A DNA stretch of 64,000 nt from the sequence record MH494197.1. One strand, written 5' to 3'. Numbering within the stretch: position 1 is the first letter of the stretch; every line of letters begins with the position of its first letter. Below are positions 49,012 through 59,295 of this stretch, piece after piece. The notes below the pieces were generated by a model, which was given only the letters and a program-made list of their open reading frames with translations, did no database searches and had not been told where the DNA came from. Source of the DNA: Escherichia phage CMSTMSU. Made by a program: the position numbers and the translations under genes.

Positions 49012-49408
49012 TCAAATTCCTTTCGTATATATGGTATACGTTCATTATACTATTATATAGTTCAAAGTCAAATCCAAATGTGTCATCAATGAACTGATAT
49101 TGTAGATACTCTTCATATGAAGCATCAATTGGTAATGAGCCAGAACGAATATCATCTGATTTAAAATCGTCAATATATCTTAATGTTATTTCTTCATCAA
49201 CAGTGATATCTATCATCAACGTATCGTCACTGTACCAAAGGTTATGTATACGGATGTAAAGTTTCTTAGCACGATTAAAACTAGATACATTGGTATTGCG
49301 ATGGAGTTTATCTAAGTTGAAGTAAAACCGGCTCGTTTTACTTATGTTTTTCATATGTTCTGCAATCGAATCAATTATATAATCAATGTTGAATGTTCTC
49401 ATAAACAA
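48998..49408 (-). CDS. hypothetical protein, tandem paralog
   Basis: See 48637-49011. Confidence 0.35.
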   Translation of the reverse strand: MFMRTFNIDYIIDSIAEHMKNISKTSRFYFNLDKLHRNTNVSSFNRAKKLYIRIHNLWYSDDTLMIDITVDEEITLRYIDDFKSDDIRSGSLPIDASYEEYLQYQFIDDTFGFDFELYNSIMNVYHIYERNLNGHS

Positions 49409-49508
49409 ATCTCATAGCGGTTTGTGTTTGGATTGTAGCAATAGGTATCATTAATTTTAACACGGTTTAAGTGTTATTGTTGTTCCTACTTCAGTACTGG
49501 GTTCTGCA

Positions 49509-49706
49509 TCACAATAAATCATCACACCAACGCCACAGATTAAAGCTAAGATACAAATAATAGCACATATTATATATTCCATCACTCCCCATCAGCCAAT
49601 CAAAGAGACGTTCCAAGAAGCCATTAGGCTTGTATTCTGGTTCTTTGTTCACGTCGGTTTCTTGTTCATAAACACCCAAATCTTCTTCAAGTATAATTGT
49701 ATTCAT
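49509..49706 (-). CDS. small acidic protein sharing its 40-aa N-terminus with the ORF upstream of the CCA gene
   Basis: MNTIILEEDLGVYEQETDVNKEPEYKPNGFLERLFDWLMG vs [39 protein letters not shown]. Confidence 0.35.
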   Translation of the reverse strand: MNTIILEEDLGVYEQETDVNKEPEYKPNGFLERLFDWLMGSDGIYNMCYYLYLSFNLWRWCDDLL

Positions 49707-50089
49707 TATATATTATACTCTATTATACCATCATCACTTTCACCAGACAACCACTTAATGTAATTTACTTTGTAGAAATTAATCAATGCATAAGTGCTGT
49801 ACTCAATCAACAAGTGATCTCTCAAGAATTCGTCTTGAGCATATCCATCTTCATCCAAATCTGTTGGAATATCAGTTTCTTTGTCTTGAATGTGTAAAGT
49901 TATTGTGTCTTTTGTTATACAAATTTTTATATGATTACAAATAGTAATGATGATTATGCTATATGTTCTATTGAAATATATTGTGAAATCTTCATTAATA
50001 TTATATCTTCGACTTTCTTCATATTTCTGATATGGGTCGAAATGTGATAAATTAACTTTAATTAATGTATTTCTCAACTTACACCTCAA
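49706..50089 (-). CDS. hypothetical protein, 127 aa
   Basis: ORF only; possibly related to the 48637-49408 paralogs. Confidence 0.3.
   Translation of the reverse strand: MRCKLRNTLIKVNLSHFDPYQKYEESRRYNINEDFTIYFNRTYSIIIITICNHIKICITKDTITLHIQDKETDIPTDLDEDGYAQDEFLRDHLLIEYSTYALINFYKVNYIKWLSGESDDGIIEYNI
49722..49755 (-). promoter_or_regulatory. sigma70-like promoter TTGTCT-N17-TGGTATAAT
   Basis: Extended -10 TGGTATAAT on the minus strand immediately upstream of ATG 49706. Confidence 0.35.
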
Positions 50090-50602
50090 TCATATAAAGT
50101 AATTATACATTTTATTGTACAATATAAAAGGTCTTTCACATTATCATAAGTAATATCAGATATATCATGAATTAATGATAACTGAAAAATGAAGCTTCGT
50201 CTATCTCTACTGGGATTATAACATCATAGTCTTCGTCAATTTTATGGGTGTAGTATTTTATGTGATCAGCATTCAACACAAGGTTGTATTTTGTATCATC
50301 TTCAATTAATCCGACAAATTGAGATTTTTGATTAATAAAAATCCAATCCCAACACAACGGTTATCTGGATATGGATAGTACCATCTATTAATAACTAGGT
50401 GTTCAGGTAAGTCCATATCATGTGTTGATATTAAAGATTTTACAATTCCCATCCGGAATAATTCATAATTAAAACTCCATAAGAAAAGGGACAGAATAAT
50501 CTCTGTCCCTTTATTATATCTTACTCTTCGTCTTCAGTCAAGTCTTCTTGAACTGGATGTTCGGGTGGTTACGGCGATGCAATTTGATGCTTTTGTCTTT
50601 AC

Positions 50603-50851
50603 CTAAGACAGTTTCCATTTTTCAAATGAATCACCAATTGCTTTGTATAAATCTGCATCATCGGCGGTGACAATCTTACCACCTGATGTTAAAGTTACGG
50701 AATATTGATTCTTATGCTCTTTCTTCACATGAACACCGATATAAAGTACTGAAGAATCACTAAATTTCGTTAGTACATTTGCTTCTGCATGAATCGCGTC
50801 ATTGATTGCTGGAGTAATATCAACATTACCTTGGATAACTAAATCTAGCAT
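50603..50851 (-). CDS. hypothetical protein, 82 aa
   Basis: ORF only. Confidence 0.3.
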   Translation of the reverse strand: MLDLVIQGNVDITPAINDAIHAEANVLTKFSDSSVLYIGVHVKKEHKNQYSVTLTSGGKIVTADDADLYKAIGDSFEKWKLS

Positions 50852-50865
50852 AATTTACCTACCTT

Positions 50866-51741
50866 TTAGAGTGAGCTTAACAGCAAATCCGCTCTGTTTG
50901 TAACTTGGCGATACCACAAGGAATTCATGATTTCTTTCTTGAACTTCTTAGGGTTATCCATTTTAACACTTTTCCAAAGTTTGTCAAATGTTGCCAACTT
51001 ATCAACGCCCATTGTGTATGACATTTCAAACAGGATACGCTGCTGTTCTTTTGTCAGATTAACTGCATCTTTCTTCTGCATCAATAGTGTAAAGTCCTCG
51101 TAAGTCCTTTTCATATCTTGCATTAAAAGTTTGTTGGCCTGTGCTTTGGTAATCCCGTTTCTGTACTTCATTGCATCAGAATCTTTCTTACCCAAATAAT
51201 GCCCATAACCAATTGTATAATTACCTTTCATGTCCTTATAGGGATGAAATTTAGAATTGTGGAAAGGAACTCCAACTTTCCCACCAAGTAATTTACGTTT
51301 GTTCTTGGACTGAAATTCAATAGAACCTTCAGCTTCTTTGATGTGATCGACAATTTCTGGATCTTTATAATCAAACAGTACAGTCACATCTGGTAACAAT
51401 ACGTTCTTCAAATCCTCTTTGTTGGGATAAAGATACCTGAGAAGTATGAAGAGTTGCATTTAAGTTGATATTCTTCAACAAAATGACATAATCTTCAATC
51501 TGTACATTTTAGGTTTAAATTTCTGTGCAATAGAATAATAACTATCTCCGGTTGAACCGTATAATGTTTCTCGCTGCTTGGAACTGCCTTTGGTACTGAT
51601 ACCTTTAGTAGTTCCTGCTTTTGAATTTACAACTTGTGGTTTTAAATTATGCACCTGACTTTCGTCTAATGATGATGCACGATCACTTTGAGAAAAACCA
51701 TAAAATCCAATCGCAGCGAATAGGGCTGATGAAACTAACAC
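50866..51741 (-). CDS. GH24 (T4-lysozyme-like) muramidase with LysM-like motif and N-terminal hydrophobic segment (one frameshift)
   Basis: GNYTIGYGH and SLWYRQVTNRADLL match T4 lysozyme motifs; LysM-like YGSTGDSYYSIAQKF; N-terminal Gly/Ala-rich LVSSALFAAIGFYGF. Confidence 0.7.
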
Positions 51742-51951
51742 GCCTATGGCAATTTTAGTTTTCAGTGCTTTTTCGCTTTTTCAAAACGCCTCCTTTGTTG
51801 GTTGTTAACAATGAGCAATCACAAAGAGGGCAAAGAGGCCATTTGCAAAAGCCTCATTGGACTTTCTACAGTACTCATTTGTTCTTTGGAACATTTAAGT
51901 AGTATAGCATACTTTTTAGTTATATCAAGACCTATTTACCAAATAACCACA

Positions 51952-52358
51952 TTAATCGTAGTATGTTCTACCAATGGTGATGTGATATTTGAAATATTTA
52001 GATGCCAAACCCAGTTCATTACGAATATGTGCAATGAAATCATCTTCAAACTCTATGATAAAGAATGACCGGTTTCTTATTGTCTTTTACTTCTTCGATG
52101 AAAGGATCGAACTTAATCTTAACTTTCATACCATCGTACTTTTCCAGTACTCTGGATTTGGTGGCACTTCACCACGAACGATACTGACATGTGCTCCCCA
52201 TTGTGGGTCTTTAATATCAATATGTAAGTCAGTTCTGATGAAGTACTGGTAGTATCGAACCAACTGTAATGGAAGTTGCAGTACTAACCAGAAGTCCTTC
52301 TTCTTTTCATAGTGCCACGATCTGGATCATACACCAGAGTTCCTTCCATTTCAATCAT
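51952..52358 (-). CDS. 2H phosphoesterase-like protein, about 135 aa (Acb1/LigT-like candidate; frame-broken; below track cutoff)
   Basis: Two H-x-S/T-x motifs, AHVSIV and YHITIG, about 68 residues apart, assembled from three frames on the minus strand. Confidence 0.4.
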
Positions 52359-52572
52359 ATTTTACCTATAAATTTACATATATATTTTTATTTTCAATAC
52401 GAACATAAGTTTCTAAAACATCTTTCGGAATTTTATTACTTGTTTTGTACCATGTAGTATTATCTACTAAAACAAAAGTTTCACCTTCAGTTTCACCAAA
52501 TGTACTTAGTGCATAAATGAAGTAGTTTGGTGATGCACTACAATAAACATCAGCATTAATTTCAATCATATT

Positions 52573-52704
52573 TTACACCACAATAAAGCTTAATACAACG
52601 AGTGTAATAAACACACCCACAATGGCGGTCATTTCAGGGTTAGCATCGTATGTATAACGGATGCACTTTAGAAAATCTTTACCAAACTTTTTTAGTCCAT
52701 TCAT
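52573..52704 (-). CDS. small membrane protein, 43 aa (below track cutoff)
   Basis: MNGLKKFGKDFLKCIRYTYDANPEMTAIVGVFITLVVLSFIVV with RBS AAAGGAAAA. Confidence 0.3.
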   Translation of the reverse strand: MNGLKKFGKDFLKCIRYTYDANPEMTAIVGVFITLVVLSFIVV

Positions 52705-53456
52705 ATATTTTCCTTTCATTTCTTGTGTAAAGGGTCGGCACTTTCATAATAGATTGTATCATTGTTTCGCTCAATAGTAAAACTCTTTTGACACAACTCT
52801 TCAGCTAAACCCTTAGCATAGTTTAATACATCTCGGTTGAGATATACTTCTTCTTTTGGGAAGCGTGGGTACTGAATAATACGAGCACACATTCCACTTT
52901 CAAGACCACCCGTGTAGATGTATTCACACGGAATCAATTGTACACAAAATCCAAGCTTGAATGCAAACTTTCGTGTGTACTCTCTTGCTGTTTGATATCA
53001 CCAGCAATATGAATATTCCAGTACTGTGTTTCAACTGTACCTTTGTCGATGTATTTCATACTCATCTCCAATTATAGCATAAAAATCCTACTTGCCCAAA
53101 TCTTCTATAATTCTTTTATGATATCATTGTTTTCCAGACATAAAGTACTGAAATTTCTACCTGTTTTTCATTGAGTTCATTAATCTCAAGCATAAGATAA
53201 CCATAAGTGATATCTTGAACCCTACTTCGTTTTACCCTTGAGTACAGTCTGATGGGTACAGATACGCGAGTATTCAAAAGAATTCTGATAAATCATAACG
53301 ATATACGGTATTCATTCTTGTAACGTTTACGACTGTACGATTCTAAACACTGTGGAAACGTCTATCAAACATACTACTTCTTAGTTGAAGTATGATTGGA
53401 TCTAACTTATGCGAGAAATACTTTTGATTATTTTATTAAATCTTGTTACATGTCGT

Positions 53457-53948
53457 TTACGCCATCTCATAATCAAACCTTAAAAATATAATAGGAAAGT
53501 ATTTTGTTTCCGAATCTGAAATACTGTTACAGTAATCTTTCAATTCATCATGGATAACATTCAAATGAATAGTAGGATAGTTCATAGGTTTCTGTACTGG
53601 GCCAGTGGCATATACGCAATCTGTTCTATCCCAACTTACATATTGGGTTGGGTAATTATCTTTAGTACGTTCTTCAATAATAATATTATATTCTGGTGTA
53701 TTGAATACATACATATCACATTGTGAAATGTACTGAACATTAAAATCACCATCAGTTAGATGGATCATGTTCCCATCGCAATATAAGCATGATGGTTCAG
53801 TGTATCCTAAAATTGAAGATAAAGTTCTGAAGTTTGCTCGGACCCAAATATACCAAATTCGTGTGTAAACAAATATCAATGAAACGTTTGAAGACTTCAG
53901 TTTCGTTATGCATATAGATACCTTAAAAGACCCACATAGTGAGGTCAA
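53457..53948 (-). CDS. hypothetical protein (probably frame-broken at N-terminus)
   Basis: ORF only. Confidence 0.3.
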   Translation of the reverse strand: MTSLCGSFKVSICITKLKSSNVSLIFVYTRIWYIWVRANFRTLSSILGYTEPSCLYCDGNMIHLTDGDFNVQYISQCDMYVFNTPEYNIIIEERTKDNYPTQYVSWDRTDCVYATGPVQKPMNYPTIHLNVIHDELKDYCNSISDSETKYFPIIFLRFDYEMA

Positions 53949-53965
53949 ACACTTTTAAACGTTAT

Positions 53966-54185
53966 CATCATCCAAAGCTTCACGGTAAACATAATAAACA
54001 TGCGTACCTAGAAGAACAATGAGTACAATGAATACTAACCAGAATGGTACAAAATGCAGTACAAGTGCAAATGCCATTACGGTAATAACCATCACTACTG
54101 AACTAAAAATAAGACTAGTCGCTTTTTAAATCCAGATAGTACATCATTCAAAACGCGTTTCATAAATGAATCAACCATTTTATTC
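53966..54185 (-). CDS. small two-TM membrane protein, about 73 aa (frame-broken)
   Basis: MVDSFMKRVLNDVLSGFKK then VVMVITVMAFALVLHFVPFWLVFIVLIVLLG; RBS AGGA overlapping the tdk 3' end. Confidence 0.3.
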
Positions 54186-54750
54186 CTCATATAATCCATA
54201 TAGCAAGTTCTGCATAGACTCTTGTATGATTCATCACCACCAATAAAGACTTTATCAGTACTTTCAACTATACGGGCATTCATAGTGGCTTCTTTGCCAC
54301 ACTTCTGATTCTCACACACGTTCTTAAGTTCATGTATGTCATCAGCTATTTCGAACAGTCTTTGTGAACCTTCAAAAGATTGATTCAAAATCTGTTCGTA
54401 TTCCATAACAGGAAACATCAACACCATAATTATCTGCTATATCAGCTAAATGGTCAATTTGTTCTCTGTTTAAAATTGACATTCATCAACATAGATACTG
54501 TTAATGTCAACGTCATTTTTGAGTGTTTCTTTAACTTTAAGAAGAACACTAATGTCATTTTTGGAATTACTTCAGCCACAGCTTCGATGCCAATTCTTGA
54601 AGTAATCTTTCCTGTTCCATAACGATCATCAAGTGCACTGGTTAAGTAAATTACCTTCATTCCATTTTTCTTATGGTTATATGCTTTTTGTAAAAGATGA
54701 GTACTTTTACCACTAGACATACTACCATAGTAATATACTAATTTACCCAT
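54095..54750 (-). CDS. tdk: thymidine kinase (frame-broken; 3' limit uncertain)
   Basis: P-loop YYYGSMSSGKST, DDRYGTGKITSRIG, C-terminal Cys cluster CGKEA...C..C; RBS AAGGA before ATG 54750. Confidence 0.8.
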
Positions 54751-55189
54751 TTTAATCCTTAAGTACGTGTGCTTACATTTTAATCTATTACCATAGGATG
54801 AAATTGGGATATTGAACATTTCTATTTTACCCTCTTTTAAAAGACGTAAAATATCTGGATCGTTTTGGTTTGTACACAATGAAGACCATTGACTTGAATT
54901 TCTAAACCATTCTTCAGAAATTCATAAATCTTCTGTCTACGCTTCCCACCGAAACTTTCATTTCGGATAACATCTCTTAGGTCTTTATATTCTTGTTTTA
55001 ATTTCCTGTCAAAAGTGTTCCATCTTTCTTTCTGATTTCTTCAATACACTTATATTGAGTTTGTCCTCTAAGAGCCATATTTGACCTCGTTGGGATATTT
55101 CTTCATTAACTCATGTAAACGTTGAATTTCCTGATTTTTCTTATGTTCTTCATCATACTTCTTAGAAAGATTCTTTCTTGTATTTGTTT

Positions 55190-55546
55190 CTAATAATCTA
55201 AAATTAGTACAGAATCTATCATTTTTAGCAACGTTCTTACGTAACGCATCAAAACAGTACTGAAATAGTTATCCAATGGAAAAGAAGTATCAGTGTAATT
55301 ATAAAAATCCATTACATTTGTCATGTTCACATGTTCAATTACCGCACCATTGTGCGTTACAATAAACATTATATCACCATAATTACAATTTGCATCAGTA
55401 CGGTACAGATATAAATGATCACGTAAATAATCTTTTAATTTATGTTCAATACCACTTTGTTCAGTACTTTGAAATACCAAAACTTCACCATAGATTGTAT
55501 TACCTTCATAATCATTTGGTTCGCGGATAATTGTAAGGTTATACAT
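55190..55546 (-). CDS. hypothetical protein
   Basis: ORF only. Confidence 0.35.
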   Translation of the reverse strand: MYNLTIIREPNDYEGNTIYGEVLVFQSTEQSGIEHKLKDYLRDHLYLYRTDANCNYGDIMFIVTHNGAVIEHVNMTNVMDFYNYTDTSFPLDNYFSTVLMRYVRTLLKMIDSVLILDY

Positions 55547-55554
55547 ATAACTCC

Positions 55555-55845
55555 TTATACCGGAGATACGGTACTCAGCATTAGTAGAGCAGTGTTTTCA
55601 TCAATTTCATGTTGATTGTCGCACACTAGTGTTTCCAATAGGTCTGGATTGTAATAATAATGTTCATAATCTGTATCATTTGGAATATGGTGATAGGTGA
55701 ATACAATGTCAAATACATCATCATCATTTTCACTTTTGAAACGCTTTAATTCTTCTACACTTTCAACAAAACCATACTCTTCAAAAGCAGTAGTACCATC
55801 AGTAAGTTTCATCCATGCACTTGCGACAATTTTCATAAATTTCAA
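55555..55845 (-). CDS. hypothetical acidic protein
   Basis: ORF only. Confidence 0.35.
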   Translation of the reverse strand: MKFMKIVASAWMKLTDGTTAFEEYGFVESVEELKRFKSENDDDVFDIVFTYHHIPNDTDYEHYYYNPDLLETLVCDNQHEIDENTALLMLSTVSPV

Positions 55846-55904
55846 ATCCTTATTCTTTTGTAATGTTTAGTTTAGAAACGAAATGGTTTTTGCTTCTTCA
55901 AATG

Positions 55905-56432
55905 TCATTGAAGTATATACTGGTTCCAATTATCGTCAAGATCTGTAAGTACTTTAACTTCCATTACATCTTCAGGTGTGTAGAATTGCCATGTGTTATG
56001 ATCTGGTTCATAATTAGGGTCTAGTGTGAAAACTGTTCCATTCTGACCATAAACTTGTCCATCCTCTAATAGCTCACGAAATAAGTCTTCCCCAGTTGTT
56101 GGGTCTTCGTATGCATTATAAAAGGAAAACAACATTCTCAACATCAGTTCGGTAGTACCATCGTCTTCATCATATTCAACCAAACGGTCCTGATGAAATA
56201 CTAGGTCAATAGCACCAATGCGAGGTTTATTATGTGGAGTTTTGATTTCTTGCTGGGAATTGTAATCCATACGTTCAGTACTGATGAATACACCACTTGG
56301 TGTGATTTCAATACCAGATACATTTTCTGGTGAATAATAAGAGTCACACATATCATCAATATGCATGTGCTCATGATACACTTCCATTTCAGGGTTCTGC
56401 ATCAACAGTGCTGCTAGGTCTTTTGCTTTCAA
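55905..56432 (-). CDS. hypothetical protein, paralog of 57204-57782
   Basis: Shared N-terminus MKAKDLAALLMQNPEMEVYH vs MKSHDLAKLLLSQPNLDIYH and shared ITPSGVF / YTPEDV motifs. Confidence 0.4.
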   Translation of the reverse strand: MKAKDLAALLMQNPEMEVYHEHMHIDDMCDSYYSPENVSGIEITPSGVFISTERMDYNSQQEIKTPHNKPRIGAIDLVFHQDRLVEYDEDDGTTELMLRMLFSFYNAYEDPTTGEDLFRELLEDGQVYGQNGTVFTLDPNYEPDHNTWQFYTPEDVMEVKVLTDLDDNWNQYILQ

Positions 56433-57021
56433 TCTTCAATCTCCATAGAGTCATCACTTTCGTAATCATCACTAGTGTACTTAGTTTTACCTCAATACCA
56501 TTCTCATGAAGGTATGTGATAAAGCCATTACCATGAACGAATTGATTATAATATGTATTTTCTTCTACATGTGAGTCATAATCATCTTCGTAATATGTGG
56601 GCATTGTAACATCATGACCAGCACTTTGCAAGTACTGGAACAATTCTTTCAGAACTACTTCGATATCACCTTCTTCTGTGCCATAACAATATGCAGGTTC
56701 ACCGTGAGTGAATTTGAATCCTTTACAGGAAACTGTATAAATGTCACTCATGTTCATACCACAATCATCACATTCATGTATAGAACAATGCTGGTGGAAT
56801 TTAATCTTTTGATTTGCATTTAGAAAATCCTGTAAAGATGTAGTAGACATTGGACTATCAGCACCATCATACCACAGTGATGTATATGGCTGAACTGAAC
56901 TAATATCAATACAGAATCCTTCACGCTCACATTTTCGAGCGAATTCTTCAGTAGTTAGTTTGTTACCAAAAGAAATCTCAAATTCATAACTAGACATATC
57001 AATATCAGTACTGTAAATCAA
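56389..57021 (-). CDS. hypothetical Cys/His-rich protein
   Basis: ORF; cluster HQHCSIHECDDCG. Confidence 0.35.
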   Translation of the reverse strand: MIYSTDIDMSSYEFEISFGNKLTTEEFARKCEREGFCIDISSVQPYTSLWYDGADSPMSTTSLQDFLNANQKIKFHQHCSIHECDDCGMNMSDIYTVSCKGFKFTHGEPAYCYGTEEGDIEVVLKELFQYLQSAGHDVTMPTYYEDDYDSHVEENTYYNQFVHGNGFITYLHENGIEVKLSTLVMITKVMTLWRLKIESKRPSSTVDAEP

Positions 57022-57203
57022 TGTACCATCATATGTAATATGGAGTTTAGAATCTGCGTCAAAAGACGATCTGAAATAGCTTCATAATCATCTTCAGGAA
57101 CTGCTTCAATAAGACGGGCCATTAGTCCAGATGTTACGCGTAATCACTCATTTTTAATCCTTTTTTTATTTTTCAAGTTTATCAATAATAGAAGGTGATA
57201 CTT

Positions 57204-57782
57204 TTACATTGAATTCAGAATCAGGAAAATCTTTAGAAAATGAATCAATTTGTTCTTGTGAAAGTTCTTCTTTTGTGGAAATAACATTTTAACTAAATTT
57301 TTACCACATTCAATTGCTTCATCATACGACATAGTTTCCCATGTTCCATGCCAAGTACTAGGTTCATATTCTGTCAGTACAGAAATGAAATCAATATCAT
57401 CGGGTGTATACCAAACAGCATTTTGATTCCCTGATGGTGCTGATTGATTTTTACCTAATAAAACAATTGGCTTTTCATAAGGAATGTTAAATATCAACCC
57501 AGATTCTAAGTTAAGAACAGTTTGAATAGATGAACCCTCCAATTTTGGAGTAATAGTACCATCCTTAAAGAAAATTTGTACATGACCCAAGAGTGGGGTT
57601 TCATATGGTGTAAGTACATTTTCAGAAACTGATGTGGGTTTTGCCGTTGTGAAAATACCAGATGGGGTGACCATTAATTTATTATCAAAATTCTGATAAT
57701 GCAATTCACTATCCACATCATAATGATAAATGTCTAGATTTGGTTGAGATAGTAGTAATTTTGCTAAATCATGAGATTTCAT
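57204..57782 (-). CDS. hypothetical protein, paralog of 55905-56432
   Basis: RBS GGAGA before internal ATG (MKSHDLAKLL). Confidence 0.4.
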   Translation of the reverse strand: MKSHDLAKLLLSQPNLDIYHYDVDSELHYQNFDNKLMVTPSGIFTTAKPTSVSENVLTPYETPLLGHVQIFFKDGTITPKLEGSSIQTVLNLESGLIFNIPYEKPIVLLGKNQSAPSGNQNAVWYTPDDIDFISVLTEYEPSTWHGTWETMSYDEAIECGKNLVKMLFPQKKNFHKNKLIHFLKIFLILNSM

Positions 57783-57810
57783 TTTATTTCTCCAAAGAAA
57801 AGGAGAGTCA

Positions 57811-57832
57811 CAATGACTCTCCATATATTTTA
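57811..57832 (-). terminator. intrinsic terminator (perfect 9-bp stem)
   Basis: GGAGAGTCAttgTGACTCTCC followed on the minus strand by TTTTCTTT. Confidence 0.5.
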
Positions 57833-57837
57833 TTGTA

Positions 57838-58268
57838 AAACTTTGAGTTTGTAAAGCATTCCTTCACAAAAACTCATAATGTCTTCTAGCGTGTTAGTAC
57901 TACCATAGTCTTCAGCCTCTTCTAGCATAGCATGAATGGCTTTACATTGACTAACATATTCTTCAAGAATTGGTACACAATCCTCGATAGGGTAAAACGA
58001 TAACTGTTACCAGTACCTACCTGCAATGCCCGCGAGTGTTCATAATACCCTCTACAAATGCATCAACGTACTCAGGTAACTCTTTGTATAGTTCATCCAA
58101 TTGTAGGTGCTTCGTGTAGAAATGGCTCTGTAAATGCCAGTTGTGAGCAGCAGCACTTAAAAATAAACTATTCTCAATAAATGTAAGTAGTACTTCATCA
58201 TAAGAACTATCTTCTTCAGTATCTCCGATAAAGTCCATTACATGTCGTAAATCATTAATATTTTCCAT
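57838..58268 (-). CDS. Dps/ferritin-like four-helix-bundle protein (one frameshift)
   Basis: AAAHNWHLQSHFYTKHLQLDELYKELPEYVDAFVEGI resembles the Dps helix pair; RBS AAGGAGAG. Confidence 0.4.
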
Positions 58269-58444
58269 AAATCTCTCCTTAGAGTTATTCTATGGTATTT
58301 AGTTAATAATAAAGGTAACTTCAGGATTCATTTCTGAAACTGCATTTCTCTTACTTCTATTCCATAGTACTCTATTGTTATATAATGAAGAATCACAAAT
58401 TATAAGTAAGCAATTCCTTAATCTACTTACAGTACTTTGATTAC

Positions 58445-58726
58445 TTAAATCAGTTTCTGTAACAAAAATACATTATCAGGAACTTCTACAGGAATTGATT
58501 TATCAAAGAAGAAAACTACAATAGGTCTGTTTGTATGAACTAAATTAATAAAGTCTAAAATACTGTTATAAAATTCAGTTCCTTTGTTTAAACTTAATGG
58601 ATCTTTGATTCTCTTCAAATAGGTCTGAACCAAATTATGATCGCTTTTGATTTGATACTCAAAATATTCTTTGAATAACATTTGTGTTAATTCAGATGTA
58701 TTGGATATTTTCGTTGTGTTACTCAT
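58445..58726 (-). CDS. hypothetical protein, 93 aa
   Basis: ORF only. Confidence 0.3.
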   Translation of the reverse strand: MSNTTKISNTSELTQMLFKEYFEYQIKSDHNLVQTYLKRIKDPLSLNKGTEFYNSILDFINLVHTNRPIVVFFFDKSIPVEVPDNVFLLQKLI

Positions 58727-58918
58727 TCACTTCGTTCTCTCGTAACTCAAGAAGTCACTACGTTTACTTCGTAAACTAGTTCCTTCTGAAAATGATAATG
58801 TACTTTAAAAGCTTGACGGATTTGTTGAGGACTATTTCATCCCCGAGGAAGAAGGTAATAAAAAGAGACAATTAAGTCTCTCTGACGATGATGGCATCGG
58901 ATATTATCGAATTGCGAA

Positions 58919-59097
58919 TTTCTCAAATTTTGGACGGATCTTTCCTGTACCAAAATTTAGAGAAAAGCGGGTTGCTCGGTTTCTCTCTATCGCAGTCATA
59001 TGCAACGGTCGCTGGTCTTTTCATCAACAGCACTCAGTACTAAACTCTATTCGATCAAAGTAGTACCTGTTCTCAAATTTTGGACGCAACTTTCTTG
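58919..59097. repeat. two copies of a ~28-nt direct repeat (TTCTCAAATTTTGGACG...) about 150 bp apart in a relatively GC-rich noncoding stretch
   Basis: 58919-58946 atttctcaaattttggacggatctttcctg and 59070-59097 gttctcaaattttggacgcaactttcttg; each contains its own hairpin. Confidence 0.5.
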
Positions 59098-59295
59098 TAA
59101 AATCGCGTCCACAATCCTGAACTCCTTAGCAAATTCGTAAGGTGCGAACCTTATACATCTATCTAGGAACTCTCTGTGTGCTTGGAGTTCTTTATACAGC
59201 CGTGTCGCCGTGATTCGTGGTCTTATCTCGTGTTTGTTTGATTGCCAGTACTCTAACAGGTTTCTTTTGCTGTTCGCTACAACGGTAAAGCTCAT
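59047..59295 (-). CDS. hypothetical basic protein, 82 aa
   Basis: ORF with RBS AAGGA; preceded at about 59374-59405 by CGGGACA-N14-TGATATAAT. Confidence 0.35.
   Translation of the reverse strand: MSFTVVANSKRNLLEYWQSNKHEIRPRITATRLYKELQAHREFLDRCIRFAPYEFAKEFRIVDAILQESCVQNLRTGTTLIE

Noticed and set aside
51802-52457. Plus-strand ORFs 51802-52068, 51989-52252, 52269-52457
   Set aside because: Antisense to the minus-strand 2H phosphoesterase-like gene, which carries catalytic-type motifs; the plus-strand translations are low-complexity.
58740-59050. tRNA genes near the CCA-adding enzyme or in ORF-free gaps (also 53060-53460, 31590-31975)
   Set aside because: No GTTCGAATC-type T-loop with a matching acceptor stem was found by eye; a proper tRNA scan on the full genome is still needed.
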